Positions 27,097 through 36,555 of a stretch of DNA of 64,000 nt are shown here, piece after piece. The position numbers and the translations under genes are program-made. The notes beneath the pieces are model-generated. The model ran no database searches. It saw only the letters and a list, made by a program, of their open reading frames with translations, and was not told the DNA's origin. The DNA is taken from contig CAZAJM010000001.1 in the NCBI GenBank assembly GCA_964485625.1, positions 29,803 to 93,802 of the forward strand. The letters run 5' to 3'. Positions within the stretch are counted from its first letter, which is position 1, and each line of letters begins with the position of its first letter. Source of the stretch: an uncultured Candidatus Saccharibacteria bacterium. Lineage in GTDB: Bacteria > Patescibacteriota > UBA1384 > JAGGWG01 > CAZAJM01.

Positions 27097-28728
27097 ATGT
27101 CTTTCTACGACGAGCCCTATCCAAACAAAAGACTCTATGAGATTATCCCCGCAAGTGTTAGTTGGTCTATTTTACTTACTCCGATAGTACTTTCTTTTTT
27201 AAGGCCGACATATATCGCCATCTTTATGATCCTTTTCGATCTCTACTGGTTGCTAAAGGCGGTATATATGGGTTCTAGGTTAATAACAGGTTACTTGCAT
27301 ATGAAAAGAGAGACTAAGATCAACTGGCTCTCTCGGCTTAAGGAATTAGAAGACTTTGATCATCATTACAAGGTGGTTAGAGAGAGTTTGGAAAATGCTC
27401 AAGGTTGGTGGCAGAGAAGGTATTTTAGAAGAGAGCTAGATCAACTGAAAGCCATTAAGTCTCGGCAGAACTTACTTAAAGATTGGAACGAGGTCTACCA
27501 TGTAGTAATGCTGCCAACCTACAAAGAGCCTTATGAGGTTCTAGCAAAATCTATACGGGCCATAGATAAGAGTTTCTATCCTAACAAAAAAATGATTGTT
27601 GTCTTGGCTCTAGAAGAGAGGGCTGGCAAAGAAAGAGTAGATTTAGGCAACAAGTTAAAAGAGGAGTTTGGAAATTTGTTCAAAGAGTTTCTCATCACAG
27701 TCCACCCCGATGGCATAGAGGGTGAGCTTAAGGCTAAAGGGGCTAATGTTACTTGGGCTGGTAAGAGAGTGAAAGAATATATTGATGATCAAGAAGATAT
27801 TAACTACGAAGATGTAATCGTCTCGGCCTTTGACTGTGATACTAGGCCCTCGCCTCAGTACTTTGCCTCTCTAACCTACAAGTATGTTACCAACCCCAAC
27901 CGGCTTAGGAGATCGTTTCAGCCGATCCCTATATTTGCCAATAACATTTGGGATATACCTCTAATTAATAGATTGGTCTCCTTCGGCTCCACTTTCTGGC
28001 AAGTGATTGAGTCGACCAGGCCCTGGCACTTGGTTAATTTTTCCTCGCAGGCGATGAGCTTAAAGACATTAATAGATATTGATTACTGGGATACAGGTGT
28101 GGTTAGTGAAGACTCTAAGCAGTACTATCGAGCTTTCTTTAAATTTAAGGGTGATCATCAATGTATCTCTATTTTTACCCCAGTCTATATGGATGCTATG
28201 CAGGGTCAGAACTTCTGGCAGGCCTTAATTAATCAGTATAAGCAGAAAAGACGTTGGGCTTGGGGAGTGGAACATATTCCTTACCTGCTAAGAGAGTTGC
28301 CAAAGTACAAGGAGATATCGCTTTGGCAGAGATGGGTAATTTTCTACCGGGTCTTCGATGCTCATGTCTCTCAAGCTACAGCCTCACTTTTGATTGCTTT
28401 TGCTGCTTGGATGCCGCTGCTTCTAAACCCTGGCTTTAGAGATACCGTTCTTGCCTACAACTTGCCCTATATGGCTCGGGTTTTGCTAGGCATCTCTTGG
28501 ATCGGTATTATCGTCTCTGGTTTTGTCTCGGTGCTCTTACTAACTCAGATTCCAAGAGGTAAAATCAATAGGGTAAAATATATTACTACTTTTGGTATGT
28601 GGTTTTTAGTTGCTCTCTCGGCCCTTTTCTTCGGCTCTATACCAGCCTTAGAATCTCAGACTAGATTGATGCTGGGCAAGTACCTAGGTTTCTGGGTTAC
28701 TCCTAAAGAGGCTAGCAGGACTAGTTAA
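27097..28728 (+). CDS. Processive family-2 glycosyltransferase (cellulose/chitin-synthase-like) integral membrane protein
   Basis: DCD (SAFDCDTRP), SEDSK (TED-like) and QKRRWAWG (QxxRW) motifs. TM helices at both ends. 543 aa. Confidence 0.7.
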   Translation: MSFYDEPYPNKRLYEIIPASVSWSILLTPIVLSFLRPTYIAIFMILFDLYWLLKAVYMGSRLITGYLHMKRETKINWLSRLKELEDFDHHYKVVRESLENAQGWWQRRYFRRELDQLKAIKSRQNLLKDWNEVYHVVMLPTYKEPYEVLAKSIRAIDKSFYPNKKMIVVLALEERAGKERVDLGNKLKEEFGNLFKEFLITVHPDGIEGELKAKGANVTWAGKRVKEYIDDQEDINYEDVIVSAFDCDTRPSPQYFASLTYKYVTNPNRLRRSFQPIPIFANNIWDIPLINRLVSFGSTFWQVIESTRPWHLVNFSSQAMSLKTLIDIDYWDTGVVSEDSKQYYRAFFKFKGDHQCISIFTPVYMDAMQGQNFWQALINQYKQKRRWAWGVEHIPYLLRELPKYKEISLWQRWVIFYRVFDAHVSQATASLLIAFAAWMPLLLNPGFRDTVLAYNLPYMARVLLGISWIGIIVSGFVSVLLLTQIPRGKINRVKYITTFGMWFLVALSALFFGSIPALESQTRLMLGKYLGFWVTPKEASRTS

Positions 28729-28794
28729 ATAAAAAAGAACGCTAAAATTAGAAAATCATATTAAGCTATGATAACCTAAATAGCGTTTTTTAAA

Positions 28795-29337
28795 TTATTC
28801 TAGATCGATACAGACAAGAAACTTGTCAGCGCCAATATGCTCAATTCCCCAAAGATCGTGATCTGTAAAGTCTGATGTCAGCCGGCGGCAATTTACTTCT
28901 GATTCTAGCCGAGCCTTCTTAACCCTAGTTGCTCCAGTGTTGGCAGAATTAGTTCGAGGGCAATATCGGATAGAATTTGCCTGCTGGATTGAAGATAGTA
29001 GAATAGAATTGTCTTTCTGGGTTGGTATTCCATCTTCTAGCTCAGCTTGGCTCATATCAAGTAGTAATTCAAGAGTAAAAGGAGAGTAACAAGGTAGGGA
29101 GACTAAGACGATAAAGGCATATCCACTTTCGTAGTTGCTAGCGCAGATCCAAGGTATGGGTGCTGTTTGCCAAAGATTGCTAAGAAGATCAAAAGCATTA
29201 TTGAATTCATCTGACCTATCAATATTTCTAAATCTCTCAGTTCTGGGTGGATCATGATCAACAAAAATTGCTAATTGAGATGTGGTGTCGATAACTAATT
29301 CGCCAGCGTTACGATCAACTGTTTCTGCTACAGCCAT
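28795..29337 (-). CDS. Hypothetical protein
   Basis: 180-aa ORF downstream of the Nudix gene. No motif recognised. Confidence 0.4.
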   Translation of the reverse strand: MAVAETVDRNAGELVIDTTSQLAIFVDHDPPRTERFRNIDRSDEFNNAFDLLSNLWQTAPIPWICASNYESGYAFIVLVSLPCYSPFTLELLLDMSQAELEDGIPTQKDNSILLSSIQQANSIRYCPRTNSANTGATRVKKARLESEVNCRRLTSDFTDHDLWGIEHIGADKFLVCIDLE

Positions 29338-29412
29338 TCTTCTTCCTCCTTATCAAGCTGCGTTTAGTCCCTATAGCTTAACTGATTTATTTAATATTTC
29401 AAGAGCCTGTTT

Positions 29413-29817
29413 TTAAATTAAAAATAATTTTCTAATTTTTGATAGTGACTTCTTTTGATTGGGATAGCTGAGAGTTTCTTCTAATTCATTAATAGAGCAC
29501 CAGAGATGCTTCTCTTTACCATTGAGATATTTTACATCTTGATTGGGGATTTTAACTAGAAAAGAATATTCAGTAGATATTTTACTGTCACTTTCTAATA
29601 TTACCGTGCTTTTAACTTTAAGATCAGTAACTTTAATCGGTTCTACCTCTATTTCTTCCTTAACCTCCCTAATTGCAGTCTCCTTAGGTCTCTCCCCTTT
29701 TTCTACGTGGCCGGTTAAGACTACTTTGTCTCCAGCCTTTCTATCTAGAACAAAAAATTCTTCTTTGCCGTTCTTCTCTCTATAGACAAACATCATTGCT
29801 TTTTCAACTTTTTTCAT
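29413..29817 (-). CDS. NUDIX hydrolase
   Basis: Nudix box GHVEKGERPKETAIREVKEEIEV (GX5EX7REUXEEXGU). 134 aa. Confidence 0.8.
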   Translation of the reverse strand: MKKVEKAMMFVYREKNGKEEFFVLDRKAGDKVVLTGHVEKGERPKETAIREVKEEIEVEPIKVTDLKVKSTVILESDSKISTEYSFLVKIPNQDVKYLNGKEKHLWCSINELEETLSYPNQKKSLSKIRKLFLI

Positions 29818-30218
29818 CTGATTTTACTTAAGTCGTTGTTAATAACAAGCGGATTCATAGCTTCTACTTCTTCACTATAGTTTAGTCCATTAGGGATAGG
29901 GTTGAGCAAGAATATTTTCTTTTCTAAAACATAGGCAAAAGCCATTTCGATTAAACTATTGCCACCCAAGTAATTATCTATTCCGTTTTTTTCTTTATTG
30001 ATCACCAATATACCATCACAGTTTTTGATTTCTTGGTAGTAGTTTTTTATTACATCAGCATCAATTTTTTCCCATTTATTTTCAACACTTTTCTCTCCCG
30101 AAGCGTAACCTTCAATGTTGGTAGGCAGTATTACTTGGTGACCATCTTCAATAAGTTTTTGCTTAGTATCAACTGCATCTTTAGCAAAAGACATACTACT
30201 GCAAATTACAATTTTCAT
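29814..30218 (-). CDS. Nucleoside 2-deoxyribosyltransferase / DNPH1(Rcl)-like protein (paralogue of 57671-58087)
   Basis: N-terminal Rossmann start MKIVICSSMSF, and a catalytic-Glu region GGNSLIEMAFAYVL (cf. NDT/DNPH1 SGTAFELGFA). 3' end overlaps the Nudix start. About 35% identical to the second copy by eye. Confidence 0.6.
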   Translation of the reverse strand: MKIVICSSMSFAKDAVDTKQKLIEDGHQVILPTNIEGYASGEKSVENKWEKIDADVIKNYYQEIKNCDGILVINKEKNGIDNYLGGNSLIEMAFAYVLEKKIFLLNPIPNGLNYSEEVEAMNPLVINNDLSKIR

Positions 30219-30373
30219 ATTTATAACTAATTAATCGTTGACTACATTTTACCAAAACCATCAATCAAAAAAAAGTCCCGCCTTGGTGGGATGAGGTAAT
30301 TTGGAACAGGGTATAGGGTTGGATTAATGACTCTATACAGGTTTCAAATATAAATAGAGCCAAAGATACAATA

Positions 30374-30889
30374 TTATTGTTCTATCAATGACTCTTTGAA
30401 TGGACATTCGTTATTGCTATCAAAACATTGTCGCTGATCTAAGAAGGAAGAAGCAATTCCTTCAGAGACACATACCCAGTCCGGAAGAGATAATTTAACT
30501 TCCCAGCCTGTAGGCTCCTGGGCTAGAATAATTCCAAACAAAGTTAATTGTTCATTGTCCAATTGCCAGCTGTGATGATAAGCTACTAGTCTTTTCTGTA
30601 TGGAGTTTTTGGGGTAACAGTATTGGTAGGCTGCAATATCTCTTGTTGTATACTGATAAGACTCTCTACTATTTTTATCCAATACGGGGCACACTCTTCT
30701 TTGATCAATAACAACTTCAAATCCTGTGTTTATTGGATCTGGGTTAACCGGAGAAGTAAGAACAGCAAATCTACAATTGATACAGTTAGGGGGCAGATTT
30801 TCTATGAATATAATTGATTCAGTTCCTAGTTTCATCTTGATCCAATCTTGTGTCGGTTCTGGTTTTATAGTTACAACCTCCTTTCTCAT
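30374..30889 (-). CDS. Hypothetical Cys-containing protein
   Basis: 171-aa ORF. No motif recognised. Confidence 0.4.
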   Translation of the reverse strand: MRKEVVTIKPEPTQDWIKMKLGTESIIFIENLPPNCINCRFAVLTSPVNPDPINTGFEVVIDQRRVCPVLDKNSRESYQYTTRDIAAYQYCYPKNSIQKRLVAYHHSWQLDNEQLTLFGIILAQEPTGWEVKLSLPDWVCVSEGIASSFLDQRQCFDSNNECPFKESLIEQ

Positions 30890-30945
30890 TCGAATTGCAT
30901 ACTCAACTAGATTTTATACTATTAATAAGATAAATCAAAAAAGCA

Positions 30946-30992
30946 GCCCTCCACCTATCATCGTCTGCGGCTTCAGTTGTTGGCAGGCGGGG
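30946..30992. repeat. GC-rich miniature repeat, copy C (degenerate left arm; ...CATCGTCTGCGGCTTCAGTTGTTGGCAGGCGGGG)
   Basis: The core GCGGCTTCAGT(T/C)GTTGGCAGGCGGG is nearly identical to copy E at 53845-53886. Confidence 0.55.
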
Positions 30993-31132
30993 TTTCTTGA
31001 TGTGCGAAGCATTGGCGAAGTATGGTCAAACCAATTTAGCTCTTACCCCATATCCTAGCTCTATATAGTTTTGGTTAAATAAAGAAGGCGAAATAGCTTG
31101 TTTTGGCTAAACGCCTAAGATCAATATTTAAT

Positions 31133-31492
31133 TTATTCCAATTCAAGTCCGCCTCTAGTTTCTACTCTTTTTAGTAGAAGTACTGCATCAATGTCTACTC
31201 CTTTAACCTCTTCTTTGCCCATTGTTATATTCAATTCAGAAATTGAACTGAATATATCTTCGATAGTAGAATGAAATACTATGCTAATTATTCGAAGTTG
31301 ATCCTCTGTAAGCTCTAAGCCACTATATTTTTCACGACTGAGAATTTCTTCCAGTTTGTCTCTAATCACATCGGGACTATCTAAGACACTATCTGGGTCA
31401 GAGGATCCTTCACTATAACTTGTCAATATCGTTACAGTTAATTCATCTACTAACTCTTGAGGTAATTTAGGAAGGCCTTGTTCGTTGGACAT
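31133..31492 (-). CDS. Hypothetical acidic protein
   Basis: 119-aa ORF, D/E-rich. No motif. Confidence 0.35.
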   Translation of the reverse strand: MSNEQGLPKLPQELVDELTVTILTSYSEGSSDPDSVLDSPDVIRDKLEEILSREKYSGLELTEDQLRIISIVFHSTIEDIFSSISELNITMGKEEVKGVDIDAVLLLKRVETRGGLELE

Positions 31493-31724
31493 TCTAATGT
31501 CCTTTCAGGTGCTGAGTTGTGTACTTTTAATACCATATATTAAAATTGGTAATTAGTCAATCAAAAAAGGGTACATTCTAGTTCGAAGTGCAATAAAGCA
31601 TTGGTTTTAATCTTTGAGTGATTTAGTTGTGTCCCTGAATTAGCTCTAGCAATTAAGATCATAATAGCTAAATATACTAATTGGTAGTTTCCAAGATTTC
31701 TAAGTATGTGGTAAAATATAGTGG

Positions 31725-32168
31725 ATGAATAAAGAGAAATATGTCTCTAGAAAGACAGGAGGGCAGTTTCTAAAGTTTGCCACAGTTGGTGTCTCTAATA
31801 CTTTGGTTGATATTGGTGTTCTGAATTTGTTGATGTATCTAAGCGGGGTCTATCAGGGGACATCGATTATTGTATTTAACATTATCTCTGTCTCTCTAGC
31901 CATTATTAACAGCTATATCTGGAACAAGTACTGGACATTTGGCTCCAAAGAGAAAGATAATCAAGCTCAGGAGTTTGGCACTTTTGTGGCAGTTAGTTTA
32001 GGTGGTGCCTTAATCAATACTTTTGTTGTCTATAGCCTAACCACCTTTCTTGATCCGGCTTTTGGTCTGGGCAAGGAGCTCTGGGCCAATGCGGCTAAAG
32101 TCTTGGCAATCGGTTTGGCTTGGTTGTGGAACTTTAATGGCTATAAATTCTTTGTCTTTAAGAAATAG
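31725..32168 (+). CDS. GtrA family membrane protein (polyprenol-phosphate-sugar flippase-associated)
   Basis: FLKFATVGVSNTLVDIGVLNLLMY is the GtrA signature. 4 TM, 147 aa. Confidence 0.8.
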   Translation: MNKEKYVSRKTGGQFLKFATVGVSNTLVDIGVLNLLMYLSGVYQGTSIIVFNIISVSLAIINSYIWNKYWTFGSKEKDNQAQEFGTFVAVSLGGALINTFVVYSLTTFLDPAFGLGKELWANAAKVLAIGLAWLWNFNGYKFFVFKK

Positions 32169-32173
32169 GTTTT

Positions 32174-33751
32174 ATGGAAAAAAGGAGGCTATATAGTTTA
32201 ATTGCTTTAGCGTTGCTTGCTCTAACGGCAATCTATTATTTTATCTACATTAAATTTGTTCCCGGAGGTATTTTCCCTGATGCTGCTGCCAATGGCCTGG
32301 ATGCTAATCTGATCTTAGATGGCCAGCACCAACCATTCTTTCCACGGGGAAATGGCAGAGAGGCGCTTTTCTTCTACTTAATGGCGGGATCAATCGCTCT
32401 TTTTGGAGTTAACCATTGGTCTATACTTATTCCTGGGGTTTTGGTAGCAATTCTTACTATCTGGGGAGTGTATAAGCTGGCGAGCTTGGTCTTCAATCAA
32501 AAAGTTGGCTTAGTGGCAATGATAATGACCAGTGTCTCATACTGGCTCTTTATTATCTCCCGGAGTGGTTTTAGGGCAATACTGATGCCGATGTTTCTGG
32601 TCTTCTTTCTCTACTTTCTTTTTTTAGCTATAAAACAAGTTAGGTACCGTTGGCTTTGGGCCAGTCTGTCCGGACTAATGTTTGGCTTAGGCTTCTACTC
32701 TTACATTGCTTATAGGATGGTCTTGGCGTGGCCGGTCTTCTTTATATTCCTTCTAATAGTATCAAAAATAAGTGGGCGCAAAAAATACTCCCAGTACGCT
32801 AAGATAGGCTGGTATTTTATCTTGTTTAGTATATTGGCTCTGATTCCACTAGGAATATATTTTGCATATAACCCGGAGGCAGTGGTTGGTAGAGCAGGGC
32901 AGGTTTCAATTTTTAGTCCCGAGCTTAACCAAGGTGATCTTATTGGCACGTTGATTGAACAAGTAAAAGTAAATTTCTTCGCTTTTTGGAGTGAGGGCGA
33001 TCTTAACTGGCGGCACAATATCTCCGGCTGGTCTCTTTTTGATCCATTAACCGGAGTCTTCTTAATCGGTGGGCTGGTCTTCTTCTTTATTAAATCTATC
33101 CAATTTATTGGTAACTTGTTTAGCAGACTTAGTTTTAAAGGTATAGAGTACTTTATGATCTTAGTTACCTTCTTGCTCTTGCTAGTGCCGGCGATTATGT
33201 CTCCTGAAGGAGCACCCCATGCTCTGCGGCTAATAGGTTGTCTGCCATTTGCTACGATTATGGCCGGTTGGTTCTTGGTGGCTCTCTTCGAGCTCTTTAG
33301 TCGCTCTAAAAACCCAGGCTTTAATATCTTTAGCAAGATTTTAATTGCAGGTTCAGTAGCTTTTATTCTAATTTTTAACATTACTAGCTTCTGGACTGTG
33401 GCGGCTACAGATAGTGACTACTACCATGCCTTTAGAAAAGATTTAACCTATGCTAGTCAGTACTTAAACGAGCGTAGTGATCGAGATAATACTTATTTAG
33501 CTCTGGATGAGTACTCTCTTCAAACACCTGAGTTTCTAACTTCCATCAACAACCAACCATATATCCCAGCTGATTTAGATAAGCTTGATAGTCTCAGGCT
33601 GCTACCTGATCAGCAGATTGTTTTCACTCTATCAACTCTTGAGTTAGCAGAGCGCTTTGAGGAGTTTCATCCGAAAGTAGAGATTGTTAGGCAAGAGTTT
33701 AACCAATTAAGTGAGGAGGGGGAGGAACTAATTAGAGTTTATGAAAGATAG
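32174..33751 (+). CDS. GT-C fold glycosyltransferase, PMT/ArnT (GT39/GT83) family
   Basis: About 525 aa and polytopic. N-terminal loop with a DA...D/E motif region typical of the PMT_2 family. Directly downstream of gtrA. Confidence 0.7.
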   Translation: MEKRRLYSLIALALLALTAIYYFIYIKFVPGGIFPDAAANGLDANLILDGQHQPFFPRGNGREALFFYLMAGSIALFGVNHWSILIPGVLVAILTIWGVYKLASLVFNQKVGLVAMIMTSVSYWLFIISRSGFRAILMPMFLVFFLYFLFLAIKQVRYRWLWASLSGLMFGLGFYSYIAYRMVLAWPVFFIFLLIVSKISGRKKYSQYAKIGWYFILFSILALIPLGIYFAYNPEAVVGRAGQVSIFSPELNQGDLIGTLIEQVKVNFFAFWSEGDLNWRHNISGWSLFDPLTGVFLIGGLVFFFIKSIQFIGNLFSRLSFKGIEYFMILVTFLLLLVPAIMSPEGAPHALRLIGCLPFATIMAGWFLVALFELFSRSKNPGFNIFSKILIAGSVAFILIFNITSFWTVAATDSDYYHAFRKDLTYASQYLNERSDRDNTYLALDEYSLQTPEFLTSINNQPYIPADLDKLDSLRLLPDQQIVFTLSTLELAERFEEFHPKVEIVRQEFNQLSEEGEELIRVYER

Positions 33752-35267
33752 TGGTAGAAAAAACTGGCTTTATCTTACACCTGTAATTATTCTTTCAGTT
33801 ATCTTGCGCTACTGGAACTTGAGCGCTATTGCCCTCTGGCATGATGAGGCCTTCTCTGTACTAATGCCTGAGTACCCAGTTAGTGAGATGCTGGCTCGCT
33901 TGGCCTTAGATGTTCACCCACCTCTTTATTACTTGCTCTACTATGGCTGGAAAGAGATCTTTGGCAACACTGTCTTTGATTTAAGAATGTTCTCAGTCTT
34001 TTTCGGTATTCTTGGTTTAATAGGAATATATTTGCTTGTCAGAAAGACTTTTGAGGATAACAAACTAGCTCTATGGGCAATTTTTCTCTCGGCCGTTAAT
34101 CCATTTCTAATACTTTACGCTCAAGAAGGAAGAATGTATGCCCTGGGGCTCTTTTTAGCTATCTTTGCTAATTACTTTCTAATTAAAGCGATCAGAAGAA
34201 AGCAGATTAGTGATTGGTTCTTCTTTATTGTCTTTGCTAGCGCTGCTACCTACACCCACTACTATCTGCTTTTCTCGGTCTTTGCCATGATGCTCTTTAT
34301 CGCCTACAAAGCAGTAGCAGACAGAGAGCAGAGGAGTTACTTTATTCGCTCTTTTTTAACTAGCGGTGCCTTTCTGGTGCTGCTATATCTACCCTGGCTA
34401 AGGCAGTTCTTTGACCAACTCAGCCAAGTCCAAGAAAACTACTGGATTCCCGAGATGACTCTCTGGTCTGTACCTAATACCTTGATTAACCTACTGACCG
34501 GAGGAGTGGTCTCGATAGGGGAGAGCAATTGGTGGCTAGGGGTGATCTTTATCGGTTTAATTCTCTTCCTCTTTATTAGGGGGCTGGGCTATCTAAAGAA
34601 AAGATCGACTGAGGGCATGGTCTTAATTATTCTTAATTTTCTAACCCCTTTTATTCTGGCGATACTACTCTCTTTTAAACAATCTCTTTATCTAGATCGC
34701 TACTTTATCTTTATTGTTCCTTTCTATCTCATTGTTCTTACCGCCGGTATCTACTCTCTTAAACCCAAAAATCTTAGAAGAGCAATTATGCTTATCTTTG
34801 CCGCCGTTATGGCCTTCTCATATATTAACTACTGGCAGACAAGTAATATTAATCAAAAGCCCGGCATGAGAGGTGCTTCTACATACCTAAATAATAGTTA
34901 TGGGGAAGATGATAAAATATTAGTAACTTCCAGCTTTGTTTACTTTACCTTCAAGCACTACAATCAGACAGGTCAGGAACCAATTCTCTATGCCCCAGGA
35001 GAGCTCTCTCATTTCTCCGGTACTGCTCTGCTAGATGAGGATGATATTGCCAAAAACTTTGAAAAGTTTGGAGAAGAGGGCGATACTATCTGGCTTATCT
35101 CAACCAGTGGTTTTGGTAACTTTAGACCGGAGTTGCCTAGTGACTGGCATAAGCTGAGTGAGCAGGAGTACCCAGACTCCAATAGCGTGAAAGGAAGTAT
35201 CTTTATTGAAAAGTATCAAATATTTAGTGAAGACCTAACGGGTATGATAAAATATATGGGAGAGTAA
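33741..35267 (+). CDS. GT-C fold glycosyltransferase, PMT/ArnT (GT39/GT83) family, paralogue
   Basis: YLTPVIILSVILRYWNLSAIALWHDEAF... PMT_2-like N-terminus. 508 aa. Start overlaps the previous gene. Confidence 0.7.
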   Translation: MKDSGRKNWLYLTPVIILSVILRYWNLSAIALWHDEAFSVLMPEYPVSEMLARLALDVHPPLYYLLYYGWKEIFGNTVFDLRMFSVFFGILGLIGIYLLVRKTFEDNKLALWAIFLSAVNPFLILYAQEGRMYALGLFLAIFANYFLIKAIRRKQISDWFFFIVFASAATYTHYYLLFSVFAMMLFIAYKAVADREQRSYFIRSFLTSGAFLVLLYLPWLRQFFDQLSQVQENYWIPEMTLWSVPNTLINLLTGGVVSIGESNWWLGVIFIGLILFLFIRGLGYLKKRSTEGMVLIILNFLTPFILAILLSFKQSLYLDRYFIFIVPFYLIVLTAGIYSLKPKNLRRAIMLIFAAVMAFSYINYWQTSNINQKPGMRGASTYLNNSYGEDDKILVTSSFVYFTFKHYNQTGQEPILYAPGELSHFSGTALLDEDDIAKNFEKFGEEGDTIWLISTSGFGNFRPELPSDWHKLSEQEYPDSNSVKGSIFIEKYQIFSEDLTGMIKYMGE

Positions 35268-35283
35268 TATTAAAGGAGGTAAA

Positions 35284-35907
35284 ATGGATATTAAAAAAGT
35301 TAATGTAAAAAACATGAACGAAACAAAAACGTCAACTAAGATTTTAATGGTAGCTCTAGTGTTAATTCTAGCTACAGGCATGCTCCTGGCCGGCTACTAC
35401 TATGGCAGGAGCAGTGTGGTCTGTAAGCATGATTCAAACAGGTGCTATCAGCAAGAGCAGACAAGCACTACTGATGAGGTAGTAGAGGATGAAGAGACAG
35501 GGGAAGAAGTAGATAATGAGGTAGCTTCAGTTTCTGTTAGAGATGTTGATTTCGAAGAGGTTTTTATTGAGGAAATTGAGCCAACAAGCGATAGTTATGA
35601 AACTATTGGAGAGATAGAATACGCTGACCTAACAGGTGATGGAGAAGAAGAGGCTATATTTTTGGCTATGACCGGTGGTAGCGGCGCAGGAATGGGAGTA
35701 TTTGTTTATGGCTATCAAAACGGTGACCTAAAACAGCTTCACAAAGAGAGTGGTTATTCTAGTTACCAGTTTGAGATAAGAAATCAGAATAGGCTTAAGA
35801 TCACAGCAGTTAATATGGGTTCCAGCCAAAACAGAAATAAAGCCCATGCTGAGATGGCTAGAGATGTAGATAAAACGTATAGCTACCAAAACGGAGAGTT
35901 TGAATAG
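35284..35907 (+). CDS. Hypothetical membrane-anchored protein
   Basis: N-terminal TM, an acidic linker, and a C-terminal globular region. No motif. Confidence 0.45.
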   Translation: MDIKKVNVKNMNETKTSTKILMVALVLILATGMLLAGYYYGRSSVVCKHDSNRCYQQEQTSTTDEVVEDEETGEEVDNEVASVSVRDVDFEEVFIEEIEPTSDSYETIGEIEYADLTGDGEEEAIFLAMTGGSGAGMGVFVYGYQNGDLKQLHKESGYSSYQFEIRNQNRLKITAVNMGSSQNRNKAHAEMARDVDKTYSYQNGEFE

Positions 35908-35912
35908 ATTTA

Positions 35913-36545
35913 ATGACTAAAGACTCCAAGACAAATTGGCTGGTATTTGCCATAATAATTGCTTTAGGGCTGTTGGTTTATGGCGGATATTTGTTGACCA
36001 AATCTGCTAGTAATCATTCGTACGATGACTCTACAGTTGAGCCTTCCGATCTTCTGAAAGATTCAGAAAGTGACAACGACTGCCAGTCTTGCCAAGAGCA
36101 AGAAGTGGATGCTAGTGAGCAAGAGGCAAGAGATGTGCTTGACCAGTTTCAAAGCTATCAGACTGATAGGCAGGCAAGTAGGGTTCTTTCTATGATGACT
36201 GAACCAGAGACTGTTAATGAGGAGAATGATTTAGCTACAATTGTTCTGGGTATTGAAGATGGAGAAGAGATCTATCGACTCTACTCTGCCAATGAGCTAA
36301 CTTTTAACCTCCTTAGCTATGAGGTAACTAGTAGCGAAAAGATAGATGATGAAGAGTACTGGCTCTATGTTAGCGAAACCAGAGAGCTTTGGGACAGGAC
36401 AACAGGGGATTGGAGCGATGAGCAAAGTCAGGTTGAAAGAAAATTTGAGATAATAAAAATAGATGATCATTGGAAAGTTAGAAAATATACTACTGTTGAG
36501 GGCAATGGTAAATATGATGGATTTAGTAATGTAAATAATATTTAA
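35913..36545 (+). CDS. Hypothetical membrane-anchored protein
   Basis: N-terminal TM, an acidic linker, and a C-terminal domain. No motif. Confidence 0.45.
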   Translation: MTKDSKTNWLVFAIIIALGLLVYGGYLLTKSASNHSYDDSTVEPSDLLKDSESDNDCQSCQEQEVDASEQEARDVLDQFQSYQTDRQASRVLSMMTEPETVNEENDLATIVLGIEDGEEIYRLYSANELTFNLLSYEVTSSEKIDDEEYWLYVSETRELWDRTTGDWSDEQSQVERKFEIIKIDDHWKVRKYTTVEGNGKYDGFSNVNNI

Positions 36546-36555
36546 TGCAATTATT

